DNA from: a virus
Taxonomy: Duplodnaviria > Heunggongvirae > Uroviricota > Caudoviricetes
Length of the DNA: 64,000 nucleotides
Strand: one strand, 5' to 3'
Virus record (IMG/VR): IMGVR_UViG_2667528037_000002
Location: 1-64,000 of that record
The notes under the pieces are model-generated. The model searched no databases. It was not told the DNA's origin and worked only from the letters and a program-made list of their open reading frames with translations. Below, in pieces: positions 55,473-64,000 of this stretch; within the stretch, counting starts at the first letter, position 1; each line of letters begins with the position of its first letter. Made by a program: the position numbers and the translations under genes.

Positions 55473-57308
55473 GTGACTAGCACACTCCTAGATGGCGTAC
55501 AGCACGGATTAACCACAGCGCCACTGGAGTTCACGCGCTGGCTCAACGACGCCCTCCTAGACACGATGAACCGGCCGACCAAGCCGGACCCGGCCACAGA
55601 CCCCATGTCGGCCTACAAGTACCTGCGCGGCCGACGCGACGCCATCGAAGGTGCGGCACGCCAGCGCCCCATGCTGCGCCTCTTCGACAAGAACATGGAC
55701 CCCATCGCCCAAATCGCGGGCGAGCGGCTGGCGTCCGTCGAAGAGATGAACTCTGACTCCGGCCAGGCGAATGTCGTACTGCGGTACGACAACTGGCTCA
55801 CCGACTTCATCCTCCAACAGACGAAGATCCACGAGGACCTGCACCTCGTCGTCGACCCCATCCCCACACAGCCAACCTGGCGGACCCGGTGGGGCGGGAA
55901 GGTCACCGGCATCAACGCCAAGCGTGACTCGTCCGGCGTCCACACGCTGGAACTGGAGGCGATCAGCAACCGGCAGCACGCAAAGAACCTGCTCTTCGCC
56001 GCTAACCCCGTGTTTCCTCCCGAGGTACAGCTGCCGAAAATGTGGGTGCTACCGGGCAATACACGCACCATCTTGTCCGCGTCCATGTTCATCAACCTGG
56101 CGCGCCTGTTCTTCCCGCTCCTGTCCATCCCGACCAACGTCTTCAACCCGTTCGGCTGGCTCAACGGCGGCATCAGCGGACTCGACCCGCTGTCCTGGCC
56201 GCTGCAAGTCGCTTTCGTCAACCCCATCCTCGACCAGTCCCGCCTCTCCGTCATCGGCGCCGCATGGACCGACTGGCACTCGGCGATGAACGACATGTTG
56301 AAGGACGCTGGCTGCGACTTCCGCGCCTACACCTGGCTCCAGGAAGACAAGGACTCCCCGCACACCGAACTCGTAGACCTGGTGCGCGGCACCGTCGCTG
56401 AGGACGCCGTCAACGACGCCACCAGGCCGCACCGCAACTGCATCGTCTTCGCCATCGAGGACAAGTCGGGCGTTACCGGCCCAACCGGAACGGCCGCCGA
56501 CGGCGTCATCAACCTCATCGGCGCCACGTTGGACGACATGATCACCGAAACCCTCATCAACCTCGATGAGGACGGCGACGGCGAGACCGATCCGGTGTTC
56601 CGAAAGCTGCTCGGCGTCGCACCCGAGAAGCCGAAAACCATATGGTACGACGGCCAATTCAGCGGAATCATCGAGTCAGAGCGCCGACAACACAAGGGGC
56701 CAGTCAAGACGGTGATGACGGGCTCCCGCAGCCCGCAGATTGTCAACCAAGCCCAGACATTTGCTATCAGATACGCGCTGTCGCAACTGGCGCAGGTAAT
56801 CAACTATGCAATAGGCGCCTACCAGCAGCCGGGCACCGAAGGTCTGGACAACCTCTACCAAGGCCAGCTGGACAATACTTTGCTGGCGTGGATGCGCTTC
56901 ACTGATCCGCGCCGCGCTCTCTGGACCGGCGACATGGCCTGGCAGGAGCATTTCGAGAAGGGCGGCGGCACCGCCTACACCCTGTCCGGTGTCGTCACCA
57001 TGCGCGTCGGCCACTACAAAACCCGTGCCTGGCAGGGCTTTACGGTCAAGGTCGTCAACGGCCGACCACACGCCATAGACATCGACATCGGCCTGGGCGA
57101 CCGGGCCGGGTTCGAGCAGGGCGGCATCATCTTCGTCGACCAGATCACCGCCATAAAGCGAACATGGTCCCGAAGTGAGCCAGTCACAGTGCAACTGGCC
57201 ATCGGCGATGACAGCGACAAGGAAGACCCCGCAGCGCGGGGTCTTCGTGCATTGCAGGCCGTTTGGACGACCCTGTCCCAATTCCTCGGCGAAGGGACCA
57301 TCTTCTGA
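55473..57308 (+). CDS. Minor tail protein (611 aa)
   Basis: Synteny. Confidence 0.6.
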   Translation: MTSTLLDGVQHGLTTAPLEFTRWLNDALLDTMNRPTKPDPATDPMSAYKYLRGRRDAIEGAARQRPMLRLFDKNMDPIAQIAGERLASVEEMNSDSGQANVVLRYDNWLTDFILQQTKIHEDLHLVVDPIPTQPTWRTRWGGKVTGINAKRDSSGVHTLELEAISNRQHAKNLLFAANPVFPPEVQLPKMWVLPGNTRTILSASMFINLARLFFPLLSIPTNVFNPFGWLNGGISGLDPLSWPLQVAFVNPILDQSRLSVIGAAWTDWHSAMNDMLKDAGCDFRAYTWLQEDKDSPHTELVDLVRGTVAEDAVNDATRPHRNCIVFAIEDKSGVTGPTGTAADGVINLIGATLDDMITETLINLDEDGDGETDPVFRKLLGVAPEKPKTIWYDGQFSGIIESERRQHKGPVKTVMTGSRSPQIVNQAQTFAIRYALSQLAQVINYAIGAYQQPGTEGLDNLYQGQLDNTLLAWMRFTDPRRALWTGDMAWQEHFEKGGGTAYTLSGVVTMRVGHYKTRAWQGFTVKVVNGRPHAIDIDIGLGDRAGFEQGGIIFVDQITAIKRTWSRSEPVTVQLAIGDDSDKEDPAARGLRALQAVWTTLSQFLGEGTIF

Positions 57309-57919
57309 TGGCCGCCGACCGGCCAGGCAAGGCGCACCGCGTACCGGCAGACCAGACGCCCTCACCGGCGGCCGACACTGCGACGCTGTCCCCGCGCGAC
57401 CTTGCCGTCTGTGTGGCAGCTGACGACGCCGAAAATGGCGACCTCACACCAGATATGCAGGTAGGACTCGACGCCGGACTGGACATCGAGCAGGCGGCGA
57501 AGGTCGCAGAAATGCGTGAGATACAGCGCGCATACCTGGAGCTGCTGGAGGTCATGGAGTACCCGGTCGACCAGAACGGGCGCGTCCACGACCTCAACCA
57601 CATGTCCGCCACCATCCTCGCAATCGCCTGGACCGCAGTGCTGTACGGCTTCCGCCGCACCGCCACCGCGCACATCAAGAAGCGCCGTATGCACGGCCCG
57701 GGCATCTACGAGAACGCGTGCACGTGGGTGGACGTCAACGCTCCCGACGATGCCGAACGAGACCTACAGCCAGGCGATTACAGCGACGACCGACTCCGCC
57801 CGCCCGACGTCCGCGGACTAGCCGCGCGCCGCGACGGCGAGGGGCCGGTCTTGACCGCCGAGTGGCACACGAAGCCAGAAGTCCGCTACACCGACGCACC
57901 CCGTCCCAAGGAGGACTAG
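57308..57919 (+). CDS. Hypothetical protein in tail module
   Basis: Met 16 of ORF 57263..57919. Confidence 0.45.
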   Translation: MAADRPGKAHRVPADQTPSPAADTATLSPRDLAVCVAADDAENGDLTPDMQVGLDAGLDIEQAAKVAEMREIQRAYLELLEVMEYPVDQNGRVHDLNHMSATILAIAWTAVLYGFRRTATAHIKKRRMHGPGIYENACTWVDVNAPDDAERDLQPGDYSDDRLRPPDVRGLAARRDGEGPVLTAEWHTKPEVRYTDAPRPKED

Positions 57920-59323
57920 ATGACTTCACCGGTACCACCCATCGGCCTGATGGTGTACCTCAAGTCGCTGCTGACGAACACCCACATCTACGCCGTGGTG
58001 TCCGATGGCGCGACACCGGACCAGTACGCGGTCACCATGGAAATCCAAGGCGACCAGGCGACTTTGGTGGTTCCCGCTCTCATGGGTCCGCAGGGACCGG
58101 CCGGTACCAACGCCTTCGCACTGCGCCTCCAGAAGTCGATGATCGATGACCCCGAGGACCTGCCGACCAACCTCCAGGACATCGAGGAGGACATCGGCAA
58201 GTACTGGATCATGAACCACTACGCCACCGTCAACGAGGTCCAGACGGTGACACTCAACGGCAACCCCACTTCCTTCACCATCGCGTACGACGGCCAGCCG
58301 ACCGCATCCATCGCCGGTAACGCCACCGCCCAGGCATTCGAGGACGCGCTGGTTGCCCTGCCCAACGTCTCGACCGGCGACGTCGAGGTCGTCGGCAACC
58401 CCGGCGGCCCCTACACGGTGACCTTCGCCGGTTCCAAGGCCGGTATTGGGCAGCCGCAGATGACCGGCACGCCCACCGGCGGCATCAGCCCCTCAGTGGT
58501 CGTGACAACCGAGCAGGAGGGCGTCACCAACCTCATCGGGTCTCGCGCCTACATCTGGTTCGGCACCGAATACCGGATCCTGATGATGGGATCGGAAGGC
58601 CCCCCGGGACCGGTGCCCCAGATCAGCTGGAGCGTTGAGCTTCTCCCGCCGGAGGGCGCCCAGGACTCCTACGTCCACCAGACCGGCTCCCCGTACGCGC
58701 CGTCGTGCCGCCTGTACTTGAAGGTCCCGCGCGGCCCGCAAGGCGTTGCCGCCAGCCTTGGGCAGGCCCCGGACGTCGACATGTCCACCCCGCCACAACA
58801 CCTCCAGGTTCTGGGCTTCGACGAGAACATCGGGGCGTCCGGTAAGTGGCGGCCCATGTCCATCGGGTCGATCCTGCCCAGGCCGTTCACGGTGCCCGAG
58901 GCAGCGTTCACCAACTTCCAGGGCTTCTCCACCCGGGCACCCATCGGGTCCTTTGCCATTCCCGCGCAACCGTTCCCGTGGAAGCCGATTGTGTTCGGGA
59001 AAATCAAGGCGACTGGTGTGGAGCTGGATCAGGACCCGCTCATCATCGGCTGCGAGGTCCGGCTGGGACACCCCACCTCCGGCCAGCTCATTGCCCGCGG
59101 CTTCGGCAACACCTCCCAGTGGGCGCACATGTCGCCGCACGCCTCGACACCGTCCGACCCCACCATGGCCATCACGCCGGACAACACCTACGCCCTGGTC
59201 CCCGCCAACCACACCGGCAACCAGGGCACCGTCTACGTCAACCTGTACAACGACGGCCTGGCCGGTGCCTACCTGTTCGACAAGGCCAACGCCCAGCTGT
59301 ACGTCGAGGTCATGCCGGTCTAA
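57920..59323 (+). CDS. Minor tail protein
   Basis: ORF track. Confidence 0.55.
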   Translation: MTSPVPPIGLMVYLKSLLTNTHIYAVVSDGATPDQYAVTMEIQGDQATLVVPALMGPQGPAGTNAFALRLQKSMIDDPEDLPTNLQDIEEDIGKYWIMNHYATVNEVQTVTLNGNPTSFTIAYDGQPTASIAGNATAQAFEDALVALPNVSTGDVEVVGNPGGPYTVTFAGSKAGIGQPQMTGTPTGGISPSVVVTTEQEGVTNLIGSRAYIWFGTEYRILMMGSEGPPGPVPQISWSVELLPPEGAQDSYVHQTGSPYAPSCRLYLKVPRGPQGVAASLGQAPDVDMSTPPQHLQVLGFDENIGASGKWRPMSIGSILPRPFTVPEAAFTNFQGFSTRAPIGSFAIPAQPFPWKPIVFGKIKATGVELDQDPLIIGCEVRLGHPTSGQLIARGFGNTSQWAHMSPHASTPSDPTMAITPDNTYALVPANHTGNQGTVYVNLYNDGLAGAYLFDKANAQLYVEVMPV

Positions 59324-61839
59324 TGCCTCGGTCAGTCGATCTGGTCCCGCAGAACTTCAAGACGGAATACGACCCGACCAACCAACTCGCCCAGGACCCG
59401 GCCCTCAAGAAGACGATCACCAACCTCGGCGACGTCCTCAAGCAGCTGCCGGTGATGATCCAGAAGGAGCTCCAGCGGCTCATCGACTCGCTGCTGGGAA
59501 TCGCCACCAACCCCATCCCCGAAATCATCGAGTGGCTGGACGAGCTGAAAAAGGGCATCGCCAACGTCCTGTCGTGGATCAAGCCTGGACTGCTGCCGCT
59601 TATCCCCCTGTCACAGATAGGCGAGTGGTTCCCGAACCTGCTTCTCAACGGCGGCTTCGACACCGACGCCGCGGTGGTCGACAACCCGGATTGGTTGTGG
59701 GACGGCACCATCGGCCGCACCAGCCCTTTGGGATCGGTCAAGGCCGTCATGGCAGGGACCGCAAAATACCTGCACTCCAACGCCATACCGGTGGCCAAGA
59801 AGCAGCACTTGGAACTGGAGGTATTCACCCGCTGGCAGGGCCTCACCGCCGGTGCTGGCACCAACCCCATCCGGCTGGTCGTCACCTCGTACCTGGCGGG
59901 CAACCCCGTCTCGTCGACAGTCGTTGCCCAGCACCAACCGTCGGCGGCCGACAGCAGCGGATGGGTGGAACTGCACGGCACCTACACCGTGCCCGACACC
60001 GGCGTCGACGAAGTCCGCACCACGCTCCTAGTGACCGGCGACGCCACCGCAGGCACCGTATGGTTCGACGACGCCGACACCTGGAAGACCGGAAAGCTCC
60101 CGCAGGACTACGTCCAGGATCTGGTCACCCAGCTGGAACAGTTCGGCACCGACATAGGCAACGCCTTGGAGGAGCTGGCGCACAAGGTCGGACTGGACCG
60201 ATTCAAGGAGTTCTTCGACACCGTCGCCGGTCAGGTCAACGCCGAAATCGGCGACATCCAAAACCGTCTCGCGGCAATCACCGCTGACGGCAAGATCGAC
60301 GCCGCAGAGATCCTGGGCTTGCTCGGCCTAGGCAACATCCCGCTACTCCCGCAGACCAAGGTCACCGATCTCCCCGATCTCAACGCCCAGCTGAACCAGA
60401 TACGGGACATCTTCGCCGGGCTCGTTGTCACACCCATCAACTCGACCATCCAGGCCGTCAAGGACTGGTTCGGGCTGAGCAACAACAAGACTCAGAAGCT
60501 CACCGCTGGCGGGACACTGAACGCGGGCGACGTCGTCGGCAATTTCGACATGGGCCGGGTCAACGATCTGGTCAGCAACCTCGGCAACATGCTAACCGGC
60601 GTCAAAACCGGCGCCGACGGAACAGCCACGGGCACAACGGGAACCATCGGCGAGCAGATCAACCAGGCCAAGGACTCACTACTATCGCTGCTCGGCCTGT
60701 CCCGCGATGCCCTCAAGAGCGCCATCGCGGCACAGACAACGCTCCAAGAGCAGGAAACCGAACAGAACACCGGCGGCGGCAACAGCTACAGCTTCACCTT
60801 CTCCGGTGCCGACGGCGCCGCGCTGAACTCGACAGACTGGACCACCGGCCCCAACCCCGGCGACATCACCATCCGCGGGGACTCGGGCTATGCGGGCGTC
60901 AAGAACGGCAACCCCGACGGGTACTTCTTCGCCAGCCCCAACTACACCTACGCCACCGACGGCCAATCAGCCTCATTTGTGTTGGGCGACACCCAAAACG
61001 GAAACTACTACTCCGGTGTCTACATCCGATGCGACTCGGGCCGCACCCAGGGCGCCTACTGCCTGGCCAAAGAGGGCGAAATCCGCATCGGCAAGTTCAC
61101 CCGCTCGGGCACCAGCTGGTCATTCAGCGCACCCCTGACCCTGCAAACCGGTCTCTCGGCGGTCAAGCAGGGCGCGCGCATCGAGATCCGCTGCTCAGGC
61201 ACCAACTACTTCGTCCGCGTCAACGGCCGCCAAATCCTCTCGGCCACAGACGCAGGCAACACCATCAACATCGGTGCCGCATACCGGTATTCGATGTTCA
61301 GCGTGCAGCGGGCAAGCCCGTTCTTCACCTACGACTCCTACCGCATCGCCGCCTTCGCGATGTCCGACTACACCTCAGCGGGAGCGGGATTCTCGATGTC
61401 AAACTCGTGGAGCATCCGACGCGACAGCACCGCCGACGTCACCTACGGCCCCTACTCGTCCGGCGCATTCCCGTCCGGGTTCTTCACATTCAACGACTAC
61501 ACCACCGACGTCACCCTCGACGACCTGGGCACAGCCCGCATCGAAATCACCACCACCGGCCTCTACCGCATCAACACCACCTACCGATCGGTCACCGCCA
61601 AGGGCACATCCGTGCCCTACTGGGTGGTGTACAAAAACGGCACCCGCATCACCGGCGCCATCCCGTCGGGTTGCCCGTTTGAAATCCCGCTGGTGGCCGG
61701 AGATGTCGTGCAGCCAGGATTCATCGCGGTCGACTACGACATACGGTCCAACGGCTCAACCGGCTCGGAAACCGTTGTCGCACGCAGCATCACAGCCCTA
61801 TCCGGCATAGCCACATTCGACGGCCGCCGCATCGCATAA
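59323..61839 (+). CDS. Minor tail / receptor-binding protein with C-terminal jelly-roll lectin-like region
   Basis: In-frame ATG of ORF 58846..61839 after stop of upstream gene. C-terminal region has a LamG/ConA-like compositional pattern. Confidence 0.55.
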   Translation: MPRSVDLVPQNFKTEYDPTNQLAQDPALKKTITNLGDVLKQLPVMIQKELQRLIDSLLGIATNPIPEIIEWLDELKKGIANVLSWIKPGLLPLIPLSQIGEWFPNLLLNGGFDTDAAVVDNPDWLWDGTIGRTSPLGSVKAVMAGTAKYLHSNAIPVAKKQHLELEVFTRWQGLTAGAGTNPIRLVVTSYLAGNPVSSTVVAQHQPSAADSSGWVELHGTYTVPDTGVDEVRTTLLVTGDATAGTVWFDDADTWKTGKLPQDYVQDLVTQLEQFGTDIGNALEELAHKVGLDRFKEFFDTVAGQVNAEIGDIQNRLAAITADGKIDAAEILGLLGLGNIPLLPQTKVTDLPDLNAQLNQIRDIFAGLVVTPINSTIQAVKDWFGLSNNKTQKLTAGGTLNAGDVVGNFDMGRVNDLVSNLGNMLTGVKTGADGTATGTTGTIGEQINQAKDSLLSLLGLSRDALKSAIAAQTTLQEQETEQNTGGGNSYSFTFSGADGAALNSTDWTTGPNPGDITIRGDSGYAGVKNGNPDGYFFASPNYTYATDGQSASFVLGDTQNGNYYSGVYIRCDSGRTQGAYCLAKEGEIRIGKFTRSGTSWSFSAPLTLQTGLSAVKQGARIEIRCSGTNYFVRVNGRQILSATDAGNTINIGAAYRYSMFSVQRASPFFTYDSYRIAAFAMSDYTSAGAGFSMSNSWSIRRDSTADVTYGPYSSGAFPSGFFTFNDYTTDVTLDDLGTARIEITTTGLYRINTTYRSVTAKGTSVPYWVVYKNGTRITGAIPSGCPFEIPLVAGDVVQPGFIAVDYDIRSNGSTGSETVVARSITALSGIATFDGRRIA

Positions 61840-61861
61840 CCACCAGAGAGAGGCATCAGCG

Positions 61862-62026
61862 ATGACCACATTCACCATGCCCGAACTGCCCGGCATCACC
61901 TTCACCGCCGTGCGCGGCGGCCTGGACGCCGACGGGAAAACCAACCCACCCAACTGGATACAAATCACCGGCACCAACGACGCAGACGGTCAGATGGTCT
62001 CCTGCATAGGATTCGCCGGTCCGTAG
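61862..62026 (+). CDS. Possible small protein (54 aa)
   Basis: ATG with upstream gagagagg. Not in ORF track (<60 aa). Confidence 0.25.
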   Translation: MTTFTMPELPGITFTAVRGGLDADGKTNPPNWIQITGTNDADGQMVSCIGFAGP

Positions 62027-63160
62027 ATGAGTTGGACCACCAACCCGCAACCGGAATCATCAGAGCCGCAACTGGGTTGGTGGAAAGAACCACCACAGAC
62101 ACAGCAACAAGAGCCAGTCACCGGCTGGTTCTGGATACCCGATAGAACAGCCTCCCTCAGCGCCGAGGGCACCATGGCCGCCGACGTTGCGCAGGTGTAC
62201 ACCGTCGGTGCCGACATGGCGGGAGCGGGCACCCTCAACGCCCAGGTCTCCCAGATATACGGCATTACAGCGGGATACAACGGGGCAGGCGCACTGGCGG
62301 CCGACGTCCGACAGCTGTACCAACGTACGGCCGCCTTGGCTGGCACCGGCAGCATGTCAGTAGATGCGCGGGTTCGCCTAGACCGTCTGGCACAACTGGC
62401 TGGTGCAGGCACGCTGTCGGCACAACTACTCCAACAGTTCACCCGAAGCGCCACATTCGGCGGCGGGGGTACCTTGGCAGCACAGGTAGCGCAGGCGTAC
62501 GCCCTGGGCGCGGCCCTCGCCGGTGCAGGCACACTGGCTGTCCAGGTAGCCCAGAAGTACCAACTAGGTGCGGCATTCGCCGCAACCGGCACCCTCCAGT
62601 GCGGGGCGGCGTTCCCGGCGATGTCCCCGGTACGCACCGACATCACAGCGACCGGGTCCTACACCTACAACATCCCGTACTGGTGCCGGTACATCGACTA
62701 TGCCTACCTGCCCGGTGGGGGCGGCGGTGGCGGCGCCCAATTCTCCTTCACCCCCGCACAGGGCGGCGACGGCGGCCAATGGGTGTACGGAACCTGGGAA
62801 CGCGGCGTCCATTTCCCATGGACGGCCACACAAATCACCGGCTCCATCGGTGTCGGCGGCACAGCGGGCACCGGGGGAGGTAACGGCGGCAACGGCGGCC
62901 CCACAACCGGCATCGTCAACGGCTCCACCCTCGTCACCGCACCTGGCGCAACGGGACGCGGCGGCGTCGGCACACAGTCCGGCGACCCCGTCGGCGGCGG
63001 AAACGCCAACTCCAACCGCGACGTCTCCCTCAACGGCCAGACCTACACCGGCGGCACCGGCGACGGCGTCGCCCCCGGCTCGGGTGGCAAGGGCGGCGGC
63101 GCATTCAGCAACGGCAACGCGGGTGCCCGCGGCGAAGCCCACTTCTACGCAAGGCAATAG
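62027..63160 (+). CDS. Glycine-rich minor tail (fibre) protein
   Basis: Poly-Gly tracts (GGGGGGGAQFSF, GGTAGTGGGNGGNGG) typical of actinophage tail fibres. Confidence 0.6.
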   Translation: MSWTTNPQPESSEPQLGWWKEPPQTQQQEPVTGWFWIPDRTASLSAEGTMAADVAQVYTVGADMAGAGTLNAQVSQIYGITAGYNGAGALAADVRQLYQRTAALAGTGSMSVDARVRLDRLAQLAGAGTLSAQLLQQFTRSATFGGGGTLAAQVAQAYALGAALAGAGTLAVQVAQKYQLGAAFAATGTLQCGAAFPAMSPVRTDITATGSYTYNIPYWCRYIDYAYLPGGGGGGGAQFSFTPAQGGDGGQWVYGTWERGVHFPWTATQITGSIGVGGTAGTGGGNGGNGGPTTGIVNGSTLVTAPGATGRGGVGTQSGDPVGGGNANSNRDVSLNGQTYTGGTGDGVAPGSGGKGGGAFSNGNAGARGEAHFYARQ

Positions 63161-63168
63161 GAGACCAC

Positions 63169-63519
63169 ATGGCAATTCAAGTACCCCAGACGCGACAATC
63201 CCTCGCCGACGCCTGGAAGGCTCTAGGCAACTGGTTTGGGTGCGCGACCGGCGCACCCGGAACCTCACAGACACCCTCCAACGAGTCGACCGGCGGCGGC
63301 TACGCCCGCGCCCAAACCGTCTGGACATCCGGCTCAGGTGGGAACGTAACCGGCTCCGCGGTCAGCATCGCAGTCCCGGCATCCACCATCACCCACGCCA
63401 TCATGGCGTCCGCCGCAGCAGTCGGCGCAGCCAACATGATCGACAACTGCGCCGTCACCCAAGCCATCTTCTCCACCCCGGGCAACGTGGTTCTCACCCC
63501 TTCGCTGGGAATCGCGTGA
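63169..63519 (+). CDS. Minor tail protein
   Basis: ORF track. Confidence 0.45.
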   Translation: MAIQVPQTRQSLADAWKALGNWFGCATGAPGTSQTPSNESTGGGYARAQTVWTSGSGGNVTGSAVSIAVPASTITHAIMASAAAVGAANMIDNCAVTQAIFSTPGNVVLTPSLGIA

Positions 63520-63866
63520 CCGCCCCGGCCAAAGCCGACGGAATACTCCAAGTCGTCGTGTGGCCCGTCTACATCGGGCTGGCGGGTGAAGACGGCCGCG
63601 AACCCCTACACCCGGAGTATCGCCGCGGCCAGATCAATTGGCAGCCAACCCCTAACGGCACTATCGAGGGCGCGGCAGTCGTCCACGCCCCCGCAGGCCG
63701 GTACCCGTTCTTCACGTACTGGATGGAGCCGACAGGCGGCGCGCCGGTGGGAATGTCCCAACCCGAGCACCCTCTTGTATTCGACATCCGAACGGTAGTC
63801 GATATTCGACCCATCAAAAACGGCGACCTATTCGTCACCAACGAAATACGGCGCGCTGGACTGTGA
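63516..63866 (+). CDS. Hypothetical tail-module protein (GTG start)
   Basis: ORF 62568..63866 frame. Confidence 0.45.
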   Translation: MTAPAKADGILQVVVWPVYIGLAGEDGREPLHPEYRRGQINWQPTPNGTIEGAAVVHAPAGRYPFFTYWMEPTGGAPVGMSQPEHPLVFDIRTVVDIRPIKNGDLFVTNEIRRAGL

Positions 63867-64000
63867 TACGGGAAGTGCTCGCCCTCTGCGACGAGTACGG
63901 AGCGGACCTCCCCGCCTTCAACGAAGGCCACCCCGAGGACCGGTGTCCGATCTGCGGACGCCCCGTCGTCGACCACACCATCCACGGCGGCATCACAGCC
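63863..64000 (+). CDS. Partial CDS (5' end only), Cys-rich
   Basis: GTG start, runs off window. Confidence 0.35.
   Translation, partial: MIREVLALCDEYGADLPAFNEGHPEDRCPICGRPVVDHTIHGGITA

Noticed and set aside
58746-60287. 513-aa alternative-frame ORF across minor tail genes (and 61029-61682)
   Set aside because: Proline/arginine-rich off-frame translation. The primary frames encode coherent tail proteins.
1-64000. Integrase, lysin/holin cassette
   Set aside because: Searched for tyrosine/serine recombinase and lysis motifs. None found in this window. They are presumably beyond the right edge.

Overview
High-GC actinobacterial (Mycobacterium/Gordonia-type) siphovirus genome or integrated prophage, about 100 tightly packed genes, almost all on the + strand. 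The window starts inside a tRNA 3' end. An XRE-type immunity repressor on the minus strand overlaps that tRNA antisense, with its stop codon inside the tRNA (attachment-core/immunity region). A divergent Cro/Xis-like gene follows, then an early region (ParB-like nuclease, two DnaQ-like DEDDh exonucleases, HNH endonucleases, RecE/RecT-like pair, SPFH protein, MazG-like, metallophosphoesterase, DUF5131, DUF4326, a Zn-finger initiator-like protein with iteron-like repeats). A minus-strand island of five small genes sits at 24.2-25.5 kb. The most notable element is a ~900-bp array of ~6 tandem Y-RNA-like (YrlA-type) ncRNAs at 26.07-26.94 kb. Each unit carries a circularly permuted tRNA-like module in the order T-arm, closed acceptor-like hairpin, D-arm. 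The array lies immediately upstream of an unambiguous Ro60/Rsr ortholog (TROVE + vWA) and is bracketed by 30-bp inverted promoter/operator repeats. Downstream are a ParB-DNA methyltransferase fusion, terminase, portal, prohead protease, HK97-like capsid, tail genes with a G/T -1 frameshift, a 1568-aa tape measure and minor tail/fibre proteins. No integrase, lysis cassette or CRISPR array is present in the window. Motif coordinates derived by hand are approximate (+/-2 bp).
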